From: an uncultured virus (IMG/VR IMGVR_UViG_2061766007_000547) | Taxonomy: Duplodnaviria > Heunggongvirae > Uroviricota > Caudoviricetes | Length of the DNA stretch: 64,000 nt | Virus record (IMG/VR): IMGVR_UViG_2061766007_000547 | Direction: 5' to 3' (one strand) | Shown here: positions 19,429-29,086 of the stretch, piece after piece | How positions within the stretch are numbered: position 1 is the first letter of the stretch | Layout of the letters: each line of letters begins with the position of its first letter | Notes under the pieces: generated by a model | What the model was told of the DNA's origin: nothing | The model's database searches: none | The model's input: only the letters and a program-made list of their open reading frames with translations | Position numbers and translations under genes: made by a program

Positions 19429-19644
19429 TCAAATAAAGAAATGTTCATAAAATTGATCGTGTGGTATTTCAAGTTTCTCAGCAAAGTTAATCATATTTTG
19501 TTGAGTTAACGTGTTTCTTCCAGAAAAAATAAAAGATAATGCTGAGTCACTTAATCCGACAGCTTTGCCAAACTTACTCATAGTACCATAACGATCAATG
19601 ATCTTAGTTTTTAATAAGTTGTATGTTGGACTAACCTGACACAT
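19429..19644 (-). CDS. Cro/XRE-like HTH protein (DUF739-like)
   Basis: LKTKIIDRYGTMSKFGKAVGLSDSALS...LEIP....HFF. Confidence 0.75.
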   Translation of the reverse strand: MCQVSPTYNLLKTKIIDRYGTMSKFGKAVGLSDSALSFIFSGRNTLTQQNMINFAEKLEIPHDQFYEHFFI

Positions 19645-20125
19645 TATTTACCTCCTAAATATCTTCTCTTAAAAATTGTTTAAGCTTTTCTTTGTTGTTT
19701 TCTAATATGTTGACAATGGTACTGGGTGAGTACTTGATTGTTTCGCCTGGTTTAAAAGACGGATCATGTCGCCCTTCTTCTGTAAGGATATCTTCTATTG
19801 CTGCACAAAAATCATAATAGTCAGGCTGACTCTTGCTTAACAGCTTTTGCATATGATAACTAAATGCGTTGTCGCTGATAACGCCAGCCTGATTAAGACT
19901 TTTTAATTCTGATATATGAACGTTTATTTCAGCTAAATTCATTTTACCATCCCCCTATCTTTAGCCACCTGCTCAACTAAGTCGCCAACCCATTTGGCAA
20001 CGTCTGTAGCTAGCCCGTGTTTGATCTCATCTGGTACGCCGTGTACTTTGATATGATCCTTGATTAATACTTTTAATGATGTGATTTCTGTTTTACTCAT
20101 GATGTTGTTCTCCTTTTAATTCATT

Positions 20126-20620
20126 TTATTCATAACAAAAATACTCATACTTGACACCATCATTAGGTGTAGGTTCTTGCCAGAACAAACCACTGCCAGC
20201 ATTTTTATTTTTTCCTTGATATACTACGTTTGACGGGCATACAAGGTTTGTTCCATATATTAACAGATATTTAGCAATAGCCTTTACTCTGTCGCTTGCT
20301 TCAATCGTCTTAAATTTGTTTCTTGTAGAACTGGCATACTGCCAAAAACCGCCATCTTTAGCCATTATTACTTCTTCAATAGTATTGCCCTTCCAGTGTG
20401 ATGAATTTACGCGGTTGATAACAACCGCACCAGTCAATAAGCAATTTCTTTCAGTACCATAACCATTCTCACACATGATAGCGCCTGCCAGACATTGCAA
20501 GTCCCATGCGTCAACCTTGCCATATATCTGATCTGGATTAGTAATCGTGCCGTTCATGATCATTACTAAATAAACTACACTAAATAACGTGACAATACCT
20601 TTTGTTGTAACTTCTTTCAA
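20126..20620 (-). CDS. Cell-wall hydrolase, SleB/Hydrolase_2-like
   Basis: LAGAIMCENG, GAVVINRV, NTIEEVI...QY; N-terminal hydrophobic segment. Confidence 0.75.
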   Translation of the reverse strand: MKEVTTKGIVTLFSVVYLVMIMNGTITNPDQIYGKVDAWDLQCLAGAIMCENGYGTERNCLLTGAVVINRVNSSHWKGNTIEEVIMAKDGGFWQYASSTRNKFKTIEASDRVKAIAKYLLIYGTNLVCPSNVVYQGKNKNAGSGLFWQEPTPNDGVKYEYFCYE

Positions 20621-20964
20621 TATAATTCCTCCCTAAAAACCAAGTTGTCAAACAATGCCTGATGAGTATTTCGATATAAAGCATCAATAAAAGCAAAGCA
20701 TTCTACATGAGGACGATTTGTTAATGCGACATCGACAGATTCTTTAACTGGTGTGCATTCAAGTGTTAACATTTTACTGTTCTTCCCGATTACCTTTGCG
20801 TCATATACAACACCAGACACAAGATCATTTGTATTGATATAATAAACATGTTCTCCAACTTGTAATTTTTTAGCCTGATCATATGTCAGGCGATGCATTT
20901 TGCTAAGAACACAATTGTGGTTCCATACGTCAACATGGTTCATATTTCTTAATTCCCGTCTTGT

Positions 20965-21522
20965 TTAAAATACAACTTCAATATCTTTTCTTGAAGCAAG
21001 ATAATCTGCAAGGTGTAACATCTGTTGTGTTTTATCTTTAGGATCTGGCAGCATTATATCGCTGCGAGGACTGGTACGCCATTGTCCCATATGAGAAGCT
21101 ATTGCGCTTGCTATTGCCTGTATCTCATCGTCAGGGATAACACCACAACCCAGATATCGTAATACATTTTGTGCAGCTAAAAGTGGATGTTCGTGTTTTG
21201 TATATTTATTGCGTTGATAATCTTCCTGACTTCCACTTTTGAAAGTATCATGCATCATAGCTGCGATCCTCATGATATCACGACCTCTGGAGTCCCATCG
21301 ATTTTTAAAGCAATCGATCTCAAAGAAATGGTTAACAAACCTAACTACTGCTAAGGTGTGTCGATATAAGCCGCCTTCTCCTAATGCATAGGACGGGTGG
21401 TATTTGCCAGTTGAACTTGCGGGAACTTCATAGAAATATGATGGAATAGTAAAGATAAGTTTTTCTGCCATAGTACGCATGTCGGCATTTTCAAGAGTGT
21501 TAAGAACTTCTTCAAATTTCAT
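20965..21522 (-). CDS. HD-domain phosphohydrolase
   Basis: PASSTGKYHP...GGLYRHT...MMHD..K, SHMG, HLADYLASR. Confidence 0.88.
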   Translation of the reverse strand: MKFEEVLNTLENADMRTMAEKLIFTIPSYFYEVPASSTGKYHPSYALGEGGLYRHTLAVVRFVNHFFEIDCFKNRWDSRGRDIMRIAAMMHDTFKSGSQEDYQRNKYTKHEHPLLAAQNVLRYLGCGVIPDDEIQAIASAIASHMGQWRTSPRSDIMLPDPKDKTQQMLHLADYLASRKDIEVVF

Positions 21523-21568
21523 GTCTTTCTCCTTTTATTGTAGCGTAATTATCAACCTGTTTAATCGT

Positions 21569-21597
21569 ATGGTAGCACCTTTTAGTCATTTTGTCAA
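21569..21597 (-). promoter_or_regulatory. Sigma-A promoter
   Basis: TTGACA-17-TACCAT with extended TG. Confidence 0.55.
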
Positions 21598-22509
21598 TAA
21601 GTTTTTACAAAACCTTATGATTATTTTTGAATACGCATTATCGGGTAACGTGTGCCGATATTCCTTGTATATGTTGATCAGTTCTTTTTGATATTGTTCT
21701 CTAAGCTCAGCATTAATACCACTACGGCAAAGCTCATACATATTATTCAGCACTAAACATTGTGCATTTGGCAAAAGGTTGCTCTTATAGTCGTCCTGAT
21801 GAGCTTGAATAAAGTCAACTCGTTCTTGATATGCTTTAATTACGGACATGTCTATATGATCTTGTGGCATTTTAACTCTAAAATAATCACGAACTGCTAT
21901 CGTACCGACAGTCTGACATTTGAATAAGATTTGTAAGATCAAGGATACTTCACAGCCCATGTCATCAGATAGCTGTATGTCTTTAAACAGATCTGTCTTG
22001 TATAGTTTGTTCCAAAGCCGATTGAAACGCATGTCTGTATGTGAAACTGGAATATGCATACGCCAGATTAATTTATCTGGTGTAAACGTATCAACAACAT
22101 GATATCCAAGAGACTTAGTAATATTGGTAATCCGTGTTGTATAATGCACGTCTTTAAAATCACCAATAATCATATCGGCATGACTTTGTATAGCAGCCCA
22201 ATAAAAATAATTTAGCGCCTCAATATTTAAGAAATCATGCCCGTCCATTAAAAAGATATAGTCGCCTTTAACCCAATTCAATCCATAATTAATTGCTGCA
22301 TTATGTGATACGTGTTGTATGCGATGATAATGACAATTATGTATTTTAGTTGTAGTCATGATATCATCTACGGCTTGTTTAGACTGATCTGTTGAGCCAT
22401 TATCTATTAAAATTACCTCGTAATCAGCATATGTTTGCTCTGCTATAGATTCAAGACATCTACCGATCAGCCAGCCGATATTATAATAAGCTATAACAAT
22501 ACTTATCAT
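21586..22509 (-). CDS. GT2-family glycosyltransferase homologue with degenerate motifs
   Basis: ISIVIAYYN, IDNGSTD, WNKLYK; DxDD motif reads DGHD. Confidence 0.8.
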   Translation of the reverse strand: MISIVIAYYNIGWLIGRCLESIAEQTYADYEVILIDNGSTDQSKQAVDDIMTTTKIHNCHYHRIQHVSHNAAINYGLNWVKGDYIFLMDGHDFLNIEALNYFYWAAIQSHADMIIGDFKDVHYTTRITNITKSLGYHVVDTFTPDKLIWRMHIPVSHTDMRFNRLWNKLYKTDLFKDIQLSDDMGCEVSLILQILFKCQTVGTIAVRDYFRVKMPQDHIDMSVIKAYQERVDFIQAHQDDYKSNLLPNAQCLVLNNMYELCRSGINAELREQYQKELINIYKEYRHTLPDNAYSKIIIRFCKNLLTK

Positions 22510-23282
22510 GGTATTATCGTCCTCGCTTTTATTCTACAAGCGTAGATTACTGCGTCATTAATATATTTGGAGTTGATCGTTTCTGATAATTGGTCTGTAT
22601 ATTTTTTATATATCCTCATTGGCAATATTCTGTTAATAGCGCCTAAATCTCTCGCCGTTGGAACTTGAGGAAGAACCTGATTTTCAATTAAAGAAGAAAT
22701 TTCCTCACGAACAATATCATCAGTAATGATCTCACAGGCTTTACGTCGTGCAGCTTCCTGTGCAATATCTATAACGGCATGAGCTGGCTTTGTAAAATCT
22801 TCTGGTTTCATTATACATTCCTTTGATTCGTTATAAATAAAAATTCCTGCCTGTTTATCACCATAAGAAGGTTGATCTATAAACTGTTCAATAAAGCCCT
22901 TGCTTTTAAAACGTCCAGTATATTTACAATCTGCACATAAAAAACTATATTTTATGCAATAATCACGCACTTCTTTAACGGGTAGCCTATTACCAGCTGC
23001 ATCTTTTATCATGTAAACATAAAATTTATTATACGCGGCTTCTTTATATAAGGTTGTGCTGTCTTTATCAAGCCATACACCACAGATTGTCTTGTTTTTA
23101 AGATCAGGATAAGAGCGTTCTGATATAGTCTTGATATATTTTATGCATTCATCGGGTACATCAAAACATCCTAGATGACTATTAACAAAGTTACCATGAT
23201 CGTCCATTGTGATCTGCATGTTTTTGCCGTCAAGCCATTCCTGTATGGTAACAACTTCAGATTTATCAAATTCTGGTTTCAT
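22506..23282 (-). CDS. RNA ligase (Rnl2-like)-fold protein lacking catalytic residues
   Basis: IQEWLDG.N, ICGVWL, YNKFYVYMI, YTGRF.S, QAGIFIYN align with nucleotidyltransferase motifs I, III, IIIa and IV. Confidence 0.65.
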   Translation of the reverse strand: MKPEFDKSEVVTIQEWLDGKNMQITMDDHGNFVNSHLGCFDVPDECIKYIKTISERSYPDLKNKTICGVWLDKDSTTLYKEAAYNKFYVYMIKDAAGNRLPVKEVRDYCIKYSFLCADCKYTGRFKSKGFIEQFIDQPSYGDKQAGIFIYNESKECIMKPEDFTKPAHAVIDIAQEAARRKACEIITDDIVREEISSLIENQVLPQVPTARDLGAINRILPMRIYKKYTDQLSETINSKYINDAVIYACRIKARTIIP

Positions 23283-23293
23283 ATTGTTCCTCC

Positions 23294-24079
23294 TTATTTA
23301 AAAGGCAATTTTGTTCTGGCATTTGTATCAATAACGCCTTGTAACAATCCAGTATCCACGCCTTTTTCTTGTGCCTGAGTAGTTATAGATTGAATGTCTT
23401 TAGGTAAGCACTTGCCACCATAGCCACGATTGTCTGGATAAACCATTGTATGACTTTCACCGATACGAGGATCAAGTAGCCATGTTTCTCTAAGTTTATG
23501 ATAATCTACTCCGAATTGTTTTGCAATATCAAAAAATGTATTACAGAATGTTACTTTAGTTGCCAAGAAAGCATTTTCCATGAATTTTGCAAGTTCTGCT
23601 ATTGTAGAATCGGTACAATGTATCTTAACAGTTGACGGATACCAGCCCTGCATCATATCGGCAAATACCTTTACATCTTCTTCTTTGCCGCCAAGTGTTA
23701 ACCAGTTGCCGCCGTTTTCGGCATATGGGTGTTTGACTGTTTCGCCATAATATTCGGGTGAAAAGACAATATGATTATCATATTTCTCATTAGCAGCTTC
23801 AGTATAACCAACGGGAACTGTTGATTTGATACATATATACGGCACTTTACACCATGACAATACACGATCAACCTCAGTGACATCAAGTAAACCAGTAGTT
23901 TCATCGAGTGACGTAGGTACACATATAAAAGCAAAACCACATTCGTTGATATTTTCTTCAGTTCCATATTTATTGATATCATAAATGCGAATTGAATACT
24001 GTCTGTTACGAGGTATAAGCCTATCTATTGTCTTACCTACATGTCCATATCCTATTATACCTATTTTAATATCTTCCAT
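23294..24079 (-). CDS. ugd: UDP-glucose/GDP-mannose dehydrogenase family, short phage form
   Basis: GYGHVG, CVPT, KSTVPVG, SPE, AELAKFMEN, DPRIG, GYGGKCLPKD. Confidence 0.9.
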   Translation of the reverse strand: MEDIKIGIIGYGHVGKTIDRLIPRNRQYSIRIYDINKYGTEENINECGFAFICVPTSLDETTGLLDVTEVDRVLSWCKVPYICIKSTVPVGYTEAANEKYDNHIVFSPEYYGETVKHPYAENGGNWLTLGGKEEDVKVFADMMQGWYPSTVKIHCTDSTIAELAKFMENAFLATKVTFCNTFFDIAKQFGVDYHKLRETWLLDPRIGESHTMVYPDNRGYGGKCLPKDIQSITTQAQEKGVDTGLLQGVIDTNARTKLPFK

Positions 24080-24293
24080 TATATTTCTCCTTTCTTTTTA
24101 CTAATAGACATGGTATTACAGATACAATAAGCCCCGCTATGATCATTGGGATCATTATTCCCCAAAATGGTATCATAAGAATACATATACCAGCCAAATC
24201 TTCAAAAAGTTTTTCATCATATCGCTTTAAAAGTATTGTAGTTATTATACTGAATGCTAGACCAATTAGTAAGTAAATTTCAGACACAGTCAT

Positions 24294-24563
24294 TTAATCA
24301 CCTCCTTGATATAACATTAATGTCCCATCAGCATTATACAATGGGCTAAATGTGCCGTGATTGTCAGCACCCCAACTTTCAACATACATTACTCCAGTTG
24401 ATGTACAATATACTATTTTGTAATTGACATATTCTTCTAAAACTGTAAAGAAATTATCTTCGGCTTGAGTTGCTGTTGCCTTACAGCCTCCAAACGCTAC
24501 AACAATAATTGCCACAATCAGTATTATAACAATAGCTAATCTTGTTTTATCTGCCCTGTTCAT
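24294..24563 (-). CDS. Putative lipoprotein (DUF6440-like)
   Basis: Signal peptide and FGGC lipobox; IVY...TGVMY...PLYNADG. Confidence 0.65.
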   Translation of the reverse strand: MNRADKTRLAIVIILIVAIIVVAFGGCKATATQAEDNFFTVLEEYVNYKIVYCTSTGVMYVESWGADNHGTFSPLYNADGTLMLYQGGD

Positions 24564-24790
24564 TTATTCCTCCTTTAGAAAACCTATAACCTTATCAATA
24601 TCTATACTATCAATAATACTATACTGATCAATCCAAAGTTTACCAATAGTTATCGGTTCTAAATCTCTCATGTCAAGACAATAGAAACTATCTTCTCTTT
24701 CTTTGAGTATTAAATAATGTGCTCTAAAAAGTTCATCACATGTATCAACTATAATGTCTCCACGTTTAAATTCTCGCATTTATTTCCTCC

Positions 24791-25369
24791 TTATCTCATC
24801 ATATCCTTCTTAATATATAATCCTGACATAAATGAATTCGGATCATCAAACATACTTCTAAAATACGTATTAGGAAATATCTTTGTAGCTAAATGATACA
24901 ATGCAAGGTAAAGTTCACCTCTATCATCATAATCCTTTACTACAATTTCACCGTCTTCTACATCAAAAGCATTTTCTTTGATATCTTCATTTAAGTCAAC
25001 ATGCAAAGTTTTTAATAACAATTCAAATGCTTTCTGTTCATCTATTTCCATTTCTACATTTATTTTTGGCATTCTTTTTAACTCCTTTGCTACTTTATGT
25101 ATTGCTTCAACATATTTTATGTCTCTATCTTGAGTTTCTTTACGTAATTGATCAAACGGCACAAGAGATTTGTGATCGTGTCCATAACAATAAGGAGGAT
25201 TAGCTTCTTTATAATTCATTACCATACTCCAACCATCATGAACATCAGATAATGTAGTTTCTTCACCTTTAACTAAAGCAAGTAAAGTATACATTTTGAG
25301 TGTTTCTTTAGACTTTAATCCTGTTTCTTTTTGTACCATTTCATATACTTTATCTATATATGTCCACAT
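24791..25369 (-). CDS. Protein with N-terminal RyR-like motif
   Basis: VHDGW...HKSLVPFDQL..ETQDRD. Confidence 0.5.
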   Translation of the reverse strand: MWTYIDKVYEMVQKETGLKSKETLKMYTLLALVKGEETTLSDVHDGWSMVMNYKEANPPYCYGHDHKSLVPFDQLRKETQDRDIKYVEAIHKVAKELKRMPKINVEMEIDEQKAFELLLKTLHVDLNEDIKENAFDVEDGEIVVKDYDDRGELYLALYHLATKIFPNTYFRSMFDDPNSFMSGLYIKKDMMR

Positions 25370-25379
25370 CTTTTTCTCC

Positions 25380-25622
25380 TTATTTCTGCATTAACACGCA
25401 ATGAAATGAATTTGTAAGGTATACAACTCCATTTATCTTTACTTGTAATTGTTCTCCTTCGTAGTCATTCCAAGACTCTACTTTGCCTTCTATTATTTCA
25501 CCATTTGGCAACTCAATAATTGCATAGTTATATGTCCAAGTAGTATCAATCAACTGATAATTACCACAACCTGTACATAAAAGCAATACGCATAATAATA
25601 CCACAAATATCTTTCTTATCAT
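25380..25622 (-). CDS. Phage lipoprotein
   Basis: CTGC lipobox; GN..LIDTTW.Y..AII.LPNG..IEGKVESW. Confidence 0.7.
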   Translation of the reverse strand: MIRKIFVVLLCVLLLCTGCGNYQLIDTTWTYNYAIIELPNGEIIEGKVESWNDYEGEQLQVKINGVVYLTNSFHCVLMQK

Positions 25623-25653
25623 GCAATAGCCTCCCTTTTCTTTTCAATACCTT

Positions 25654-26397
25654 TTAAGTGTTGGGATCATCAATACGCTTTTTCGCCATTTCAAAATAGT
25701 TTTTATCTAACTCAATGCCTATAAAATTTCTATTCAAATGCTTACAAGCTACTCCTGTTGTCCCACTTCCCATAAACAAATCAAGCACAGTATCATTTTC
25801 CTTAGTGCTTAATAGTATGCAAGTTTCTGGTAATTCGATTGGGAAACCACTATGTCCCCATTTCGATTTTGTTTCTTTTCTTCCAAATCCTTGTATATTC
25901 TGTTTGCCACTATTGAATGGTAATTCCCAAACATTGCCAACATTTTTCGTCTTGAACATTTCAGGGTGTCTGTTATAGGCATCTGCCTTATTTAAATCAA
26001 TACCAGCACTTGTATGTCTAAGCATAAAAACATATTCACATTGATTAGTAAGTTGCCTATTTGTATTTGCTGGCTGTTGGTTGTATCGATACCAAATAAC
26101 TGTATCGTGTAGCTTATACATTAGTTTTCTTGTGGCAATTTCCATAATCTCAAATGCTCTAATAGTAACTTCGCTATCATTTATAACATCCAGCCAAAGC
26201 GTTCCGTTTATAGCTAATATTCTTTTGCATTCTTTAAGCCATTTTTCGCTCCACTCTAAATATTGAGCGTATGAATTAAAATATGCTTCATACTCAAATC
26301 CTTTCCAATATGGAGGTGATGTTACGATGCAATTAACACTTTTATCTGGTATGCTTTGCATCTTATCTAAACAATCTCCAAGTAATAATGTGATCAA
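25654..26397 (-). CDS. N4-cytosine/N6-adenine DNA methyltransferase (beta class)
   Basis: TSPPY precedes DLFMGSGTT and FIGIELD. Confidence 0.92.
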   Translation of the reverse strand: MITLLLGDCLDKMQSIPDKSVNCIVTSPPYWKGFEYEAYFNSYAQYLEWSEKWLKECKRILAINGTLWLDVINDSEVTIRAFEIMEIATRKLMYKLHDTVIWYRYNQQPANTNRQLTNQCEYVFMLRHTSAGIDLNKADAYNRHPEMFKTKNVGNVWELPFNSGKQNIQGFGRKETKSKWGHSGFPIELPETCILLSTKENDTVLDLFMGSGTTGVACKHLNRNFIGIELDKNYFEMAKKRIDDPNT

Positions 26398-26828
26398 CTT
26401 TTCTTTCCTCCTTACATAAAATCAAATATTGTCATTTGTGCTGTTTGTTGTACCCCTTCCAGAAGATGGATCACATACCGTATTACCTGACTTATACGGT
26501 GCGTCCCACCAGCTAGCGTCAAAGTATTGTCGGTGTGTTCCGTCTATATGAGAAGTAAATACATCATGTTCAGAGTCATATCGCCAATTGACATTAGGAA
26601 ATGCCGCTTTTATTACATCACCATTAGTTATTTGCCGACATCGTGGCTGGCTAATTTTTATTGTCATTCTCTACCTCCTCATCTGCTATCTCAAACTGAT
26701 AACCTAATGTCAATACTATTGTTTGTGTATCTTCTGTTCTTCTTACAAGTATGTCCTGTTCTTCCCATTCCTTTTGGTATTCACCTGCTAACTTTTCACC
26801 TTGTTCTGTATTTGGATAGATAGTTGTT

Positions 26829-27458
26829 TCAAAACGAGTAACTTTCATGCTTTACCTCCTTATCCTCGCTTTCCTGTAGCTCAATCATCCTTGCACCACA
26901 ATTAGGGCAATAGTTAATCTTCTTAATAGTATCGCTCCAACCCTCTTTAATAACCTTTTTATGGCATTCAGAGCAGTAATAACCGCTGTTTGAGCATTCA
27001 TCAAGTGCTATCCAATGCCCTATCTTTTCCTTTGGCATGACGGAGGGTAAATTGATTATGTCCGACATAATAACTCCTGTAGCTCTACCTCTTGATATGC
27101 AACATCTTTCATCACTTATTGCCCTTGCCAATTCATCAATTAAATCATTGACTGCTTCTCGGCTTATGCAATCTTCACAATATTGTGCTTTTGGTTTAAA
27201 GTTCAGATGTTCCTCATCTTCAAAACACCCATTACAAGCCTCATCATTTGCTCCGTTGTCATAATATGCACACTTATCACAATCTCTACTTATTACATCT
27301 TCACAAGGCTGTTGTTTTGGTGTGACGGATGGCAACTCTGCTATTTCAGCGTCTATAAGTTCAATTTTCCTTCTATCCTCGTCATATAAATAATCCGATA
27401 ATAACATTGCCATCAAATCATGTACAGCTTCTCGGCTTATGCAATCTTCTTTTGTCAT
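26829..27458 (-). CDS. Phage protein with CISREA repeats and C-terminal zinc ribbon
   Basis: EDCISREA-like repeats (x3); CSEC...YCPNCGARM. Confidence 0.75.
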   Translation of the reverse strand: MTKEDCISREAVHDLMAMLLSDYLYDEDRRKIELIDAEIAELPSVTPKQQPCEDVISRDCDKCAYYDNGANDEACNGCFEDEEHLNFKPKAQYCEDCISREAVNDLIDELARAISDERCCISRGRATGVIMSDIINLPSVMPKEKIGHWIALDECSNSGYYCSECHKKVIKEGWSDTIKKINYCPNCGARMIELQESEDKEVKHESYSF

Positions 27459-27904
27459 TCGCTCACCTCGTTTTCCTGTGGCTTATATGGTTCTGGTAAA
27501 GGCATCCATGCGATTATATCATCACCTTGTAAAAATATTTCTCCTGTATAAAAGTCCGTCATTACATCATTATATTTTGTGGCAACGACATACCTTTTGC
27601 TTTCTTCTGGCAACCTCTCACTAACAGGAATCCACCCTGTCTTTTCCTTTGGTGTGACGGAAGGTAAAGCTCTTATGTTATCACGCATCTGCCAGAATAT
27701 TGTTGTACTCATATCTTGTGCATATTTTGCTTGTAACGACAACATCGCTTCTCGACTTATGCAATCTCCACAAGGTTCTTGTTCTAACCATTTTGAAATA
27801 ATAGCAATCGAATTTCTCCATTTATTCCCATCAAATATTTTGTAGCCATTTACTTCTACAAAACCTCTGTTTATTAGTATATTTTTTGCTTCTTCAATCG
27901 TCAT
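27455..27904 (-). CDS. DUF551-domain phage protein
   Basis: WIPVSERLPE...IIAWMPLPEPY. Confidence 0.8.
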   Translation of the reverse strand: MTIEEAKNILINRGFVEVNGYKIFDGNKWRNSIAIISKWLEQEPCGDCISREAMLSLQAKYAQDMSTTIFWQMRDNIRALPSVTPKEKTGWIPVSERLPEESKRYVVATKYNDVMTDFYTGEIFLQGDDIIAWMPLPEPYKPQENEVSE

Positions 27905-28834
27905 TCAATCACCTTATTCCTTAGACTATCCTTTTTCTCATATAAAGGGCACCCATAAACTACCGATTGCCCCAATTTAGGACATTTTTCGTGTAACCCT
28001 TGCTTACAAGTATTACAATCTGGTCTGCTTGTTATATCTCTTAATAACATTAGTCTGTCAAGTATTCCTGCTGTTATAGCTATCAATTCATCTGTTGTCA
28101 TTCACTCACCTCTCTGTACTTATCGATAATATTTAAGCAATCCAATACTGTAATTCCTCGTCCATCAAGGTAGTTTTTTGTATTATACAACGCTTCAATC
28201 TCAGCTCTTATCTTGTCAAGTACATTAACCTTACACATGTCAATAGCTTCTTTAACCTCACCACAAGTCAATCTGTCTATGTGCTTTGAAAAAGTCAAAT
28301 ATGCTACAAACTTATCTGCATCAATTAATCTCATTCACTCACCTCCTTATCTTTCGCCCAATGTCTGCACCAACCTGTCATAAGCTCAGCGTAACTTAAA
28401 TATCTTCCTGTAAAGTTACCTGACCTCCTTTACGCTCATAGTGAGTATGAATACTTCACCGAACAATAAGCGCAGCATATCAAACTTTTCCTTAGCTTTC
28501 TCTTCATCGTACTCTGACAATTCTATTTTGCCCCAGTACATGCCATAAATATCACTTGGGTTTCGCTTTTTAGCTATATTAATTATGTAGTCATTCATTA
28601 TTACTCACCTCCGATAGATATCTTTCTATAACATCAAGACAGTAATTAATGCCGTCAATAAAACCTTCCTTGCAGCCGACCTCTTGACGATAGGCACCTT
28701 CGCTTTCTATTTCTAATTTGATTGCATAAAGTGTTTTCAAGCCTTTCTCATAGCCGTCAAAGTACGCGTTAAGTTTGGCTCCGTCTGCACCCGCTAATCC
28801 TGTATATTTCGGTATATCGGTTCGTCGTAACATG

Positions 28835-29086
28835 TTACACCTCCGACTCTTTATGCTTAGCTCTGATCAAATCGTTCCAAAGCCGTCTGGTTTCAGATTG
28901 TTTACCAATAACTGCTAGTCCACAACGTTTGCATTTTAATACTTCTGTATTTGTCAGATCAATCCAGTGTTCTCTTTGTCTGCAACCACATATACAAGGT
29001 AAGTAGTGTTCTCTGGGTGGTTTCTTGATCAGATTATAACCTAACTTAGCAGCTTCTTTTTTAAGTTCCTCTACTGTCATACCCAC
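28835..29086 (-). CDS. Lar (restriction alleviation)-like zinc-finger protein
   Basis: LPCICG...LKCKRCG...LWN. Confidence 0.5.
   Translation of the reverse strand: MGMTVEELKKEAAKLGYNLIKKPPREHYLPCICGCRQREHWIDLTNTEVLKCKRCGLAVIGKQSETRRLWNDLIRAKHKESEV

Noticed and set aside
8456..21522. Z-genome (2-aminoadenine) or 7-deazaguanine pathway
   Set aside because: No purZ or que/dpdA genes are recognisable in this window
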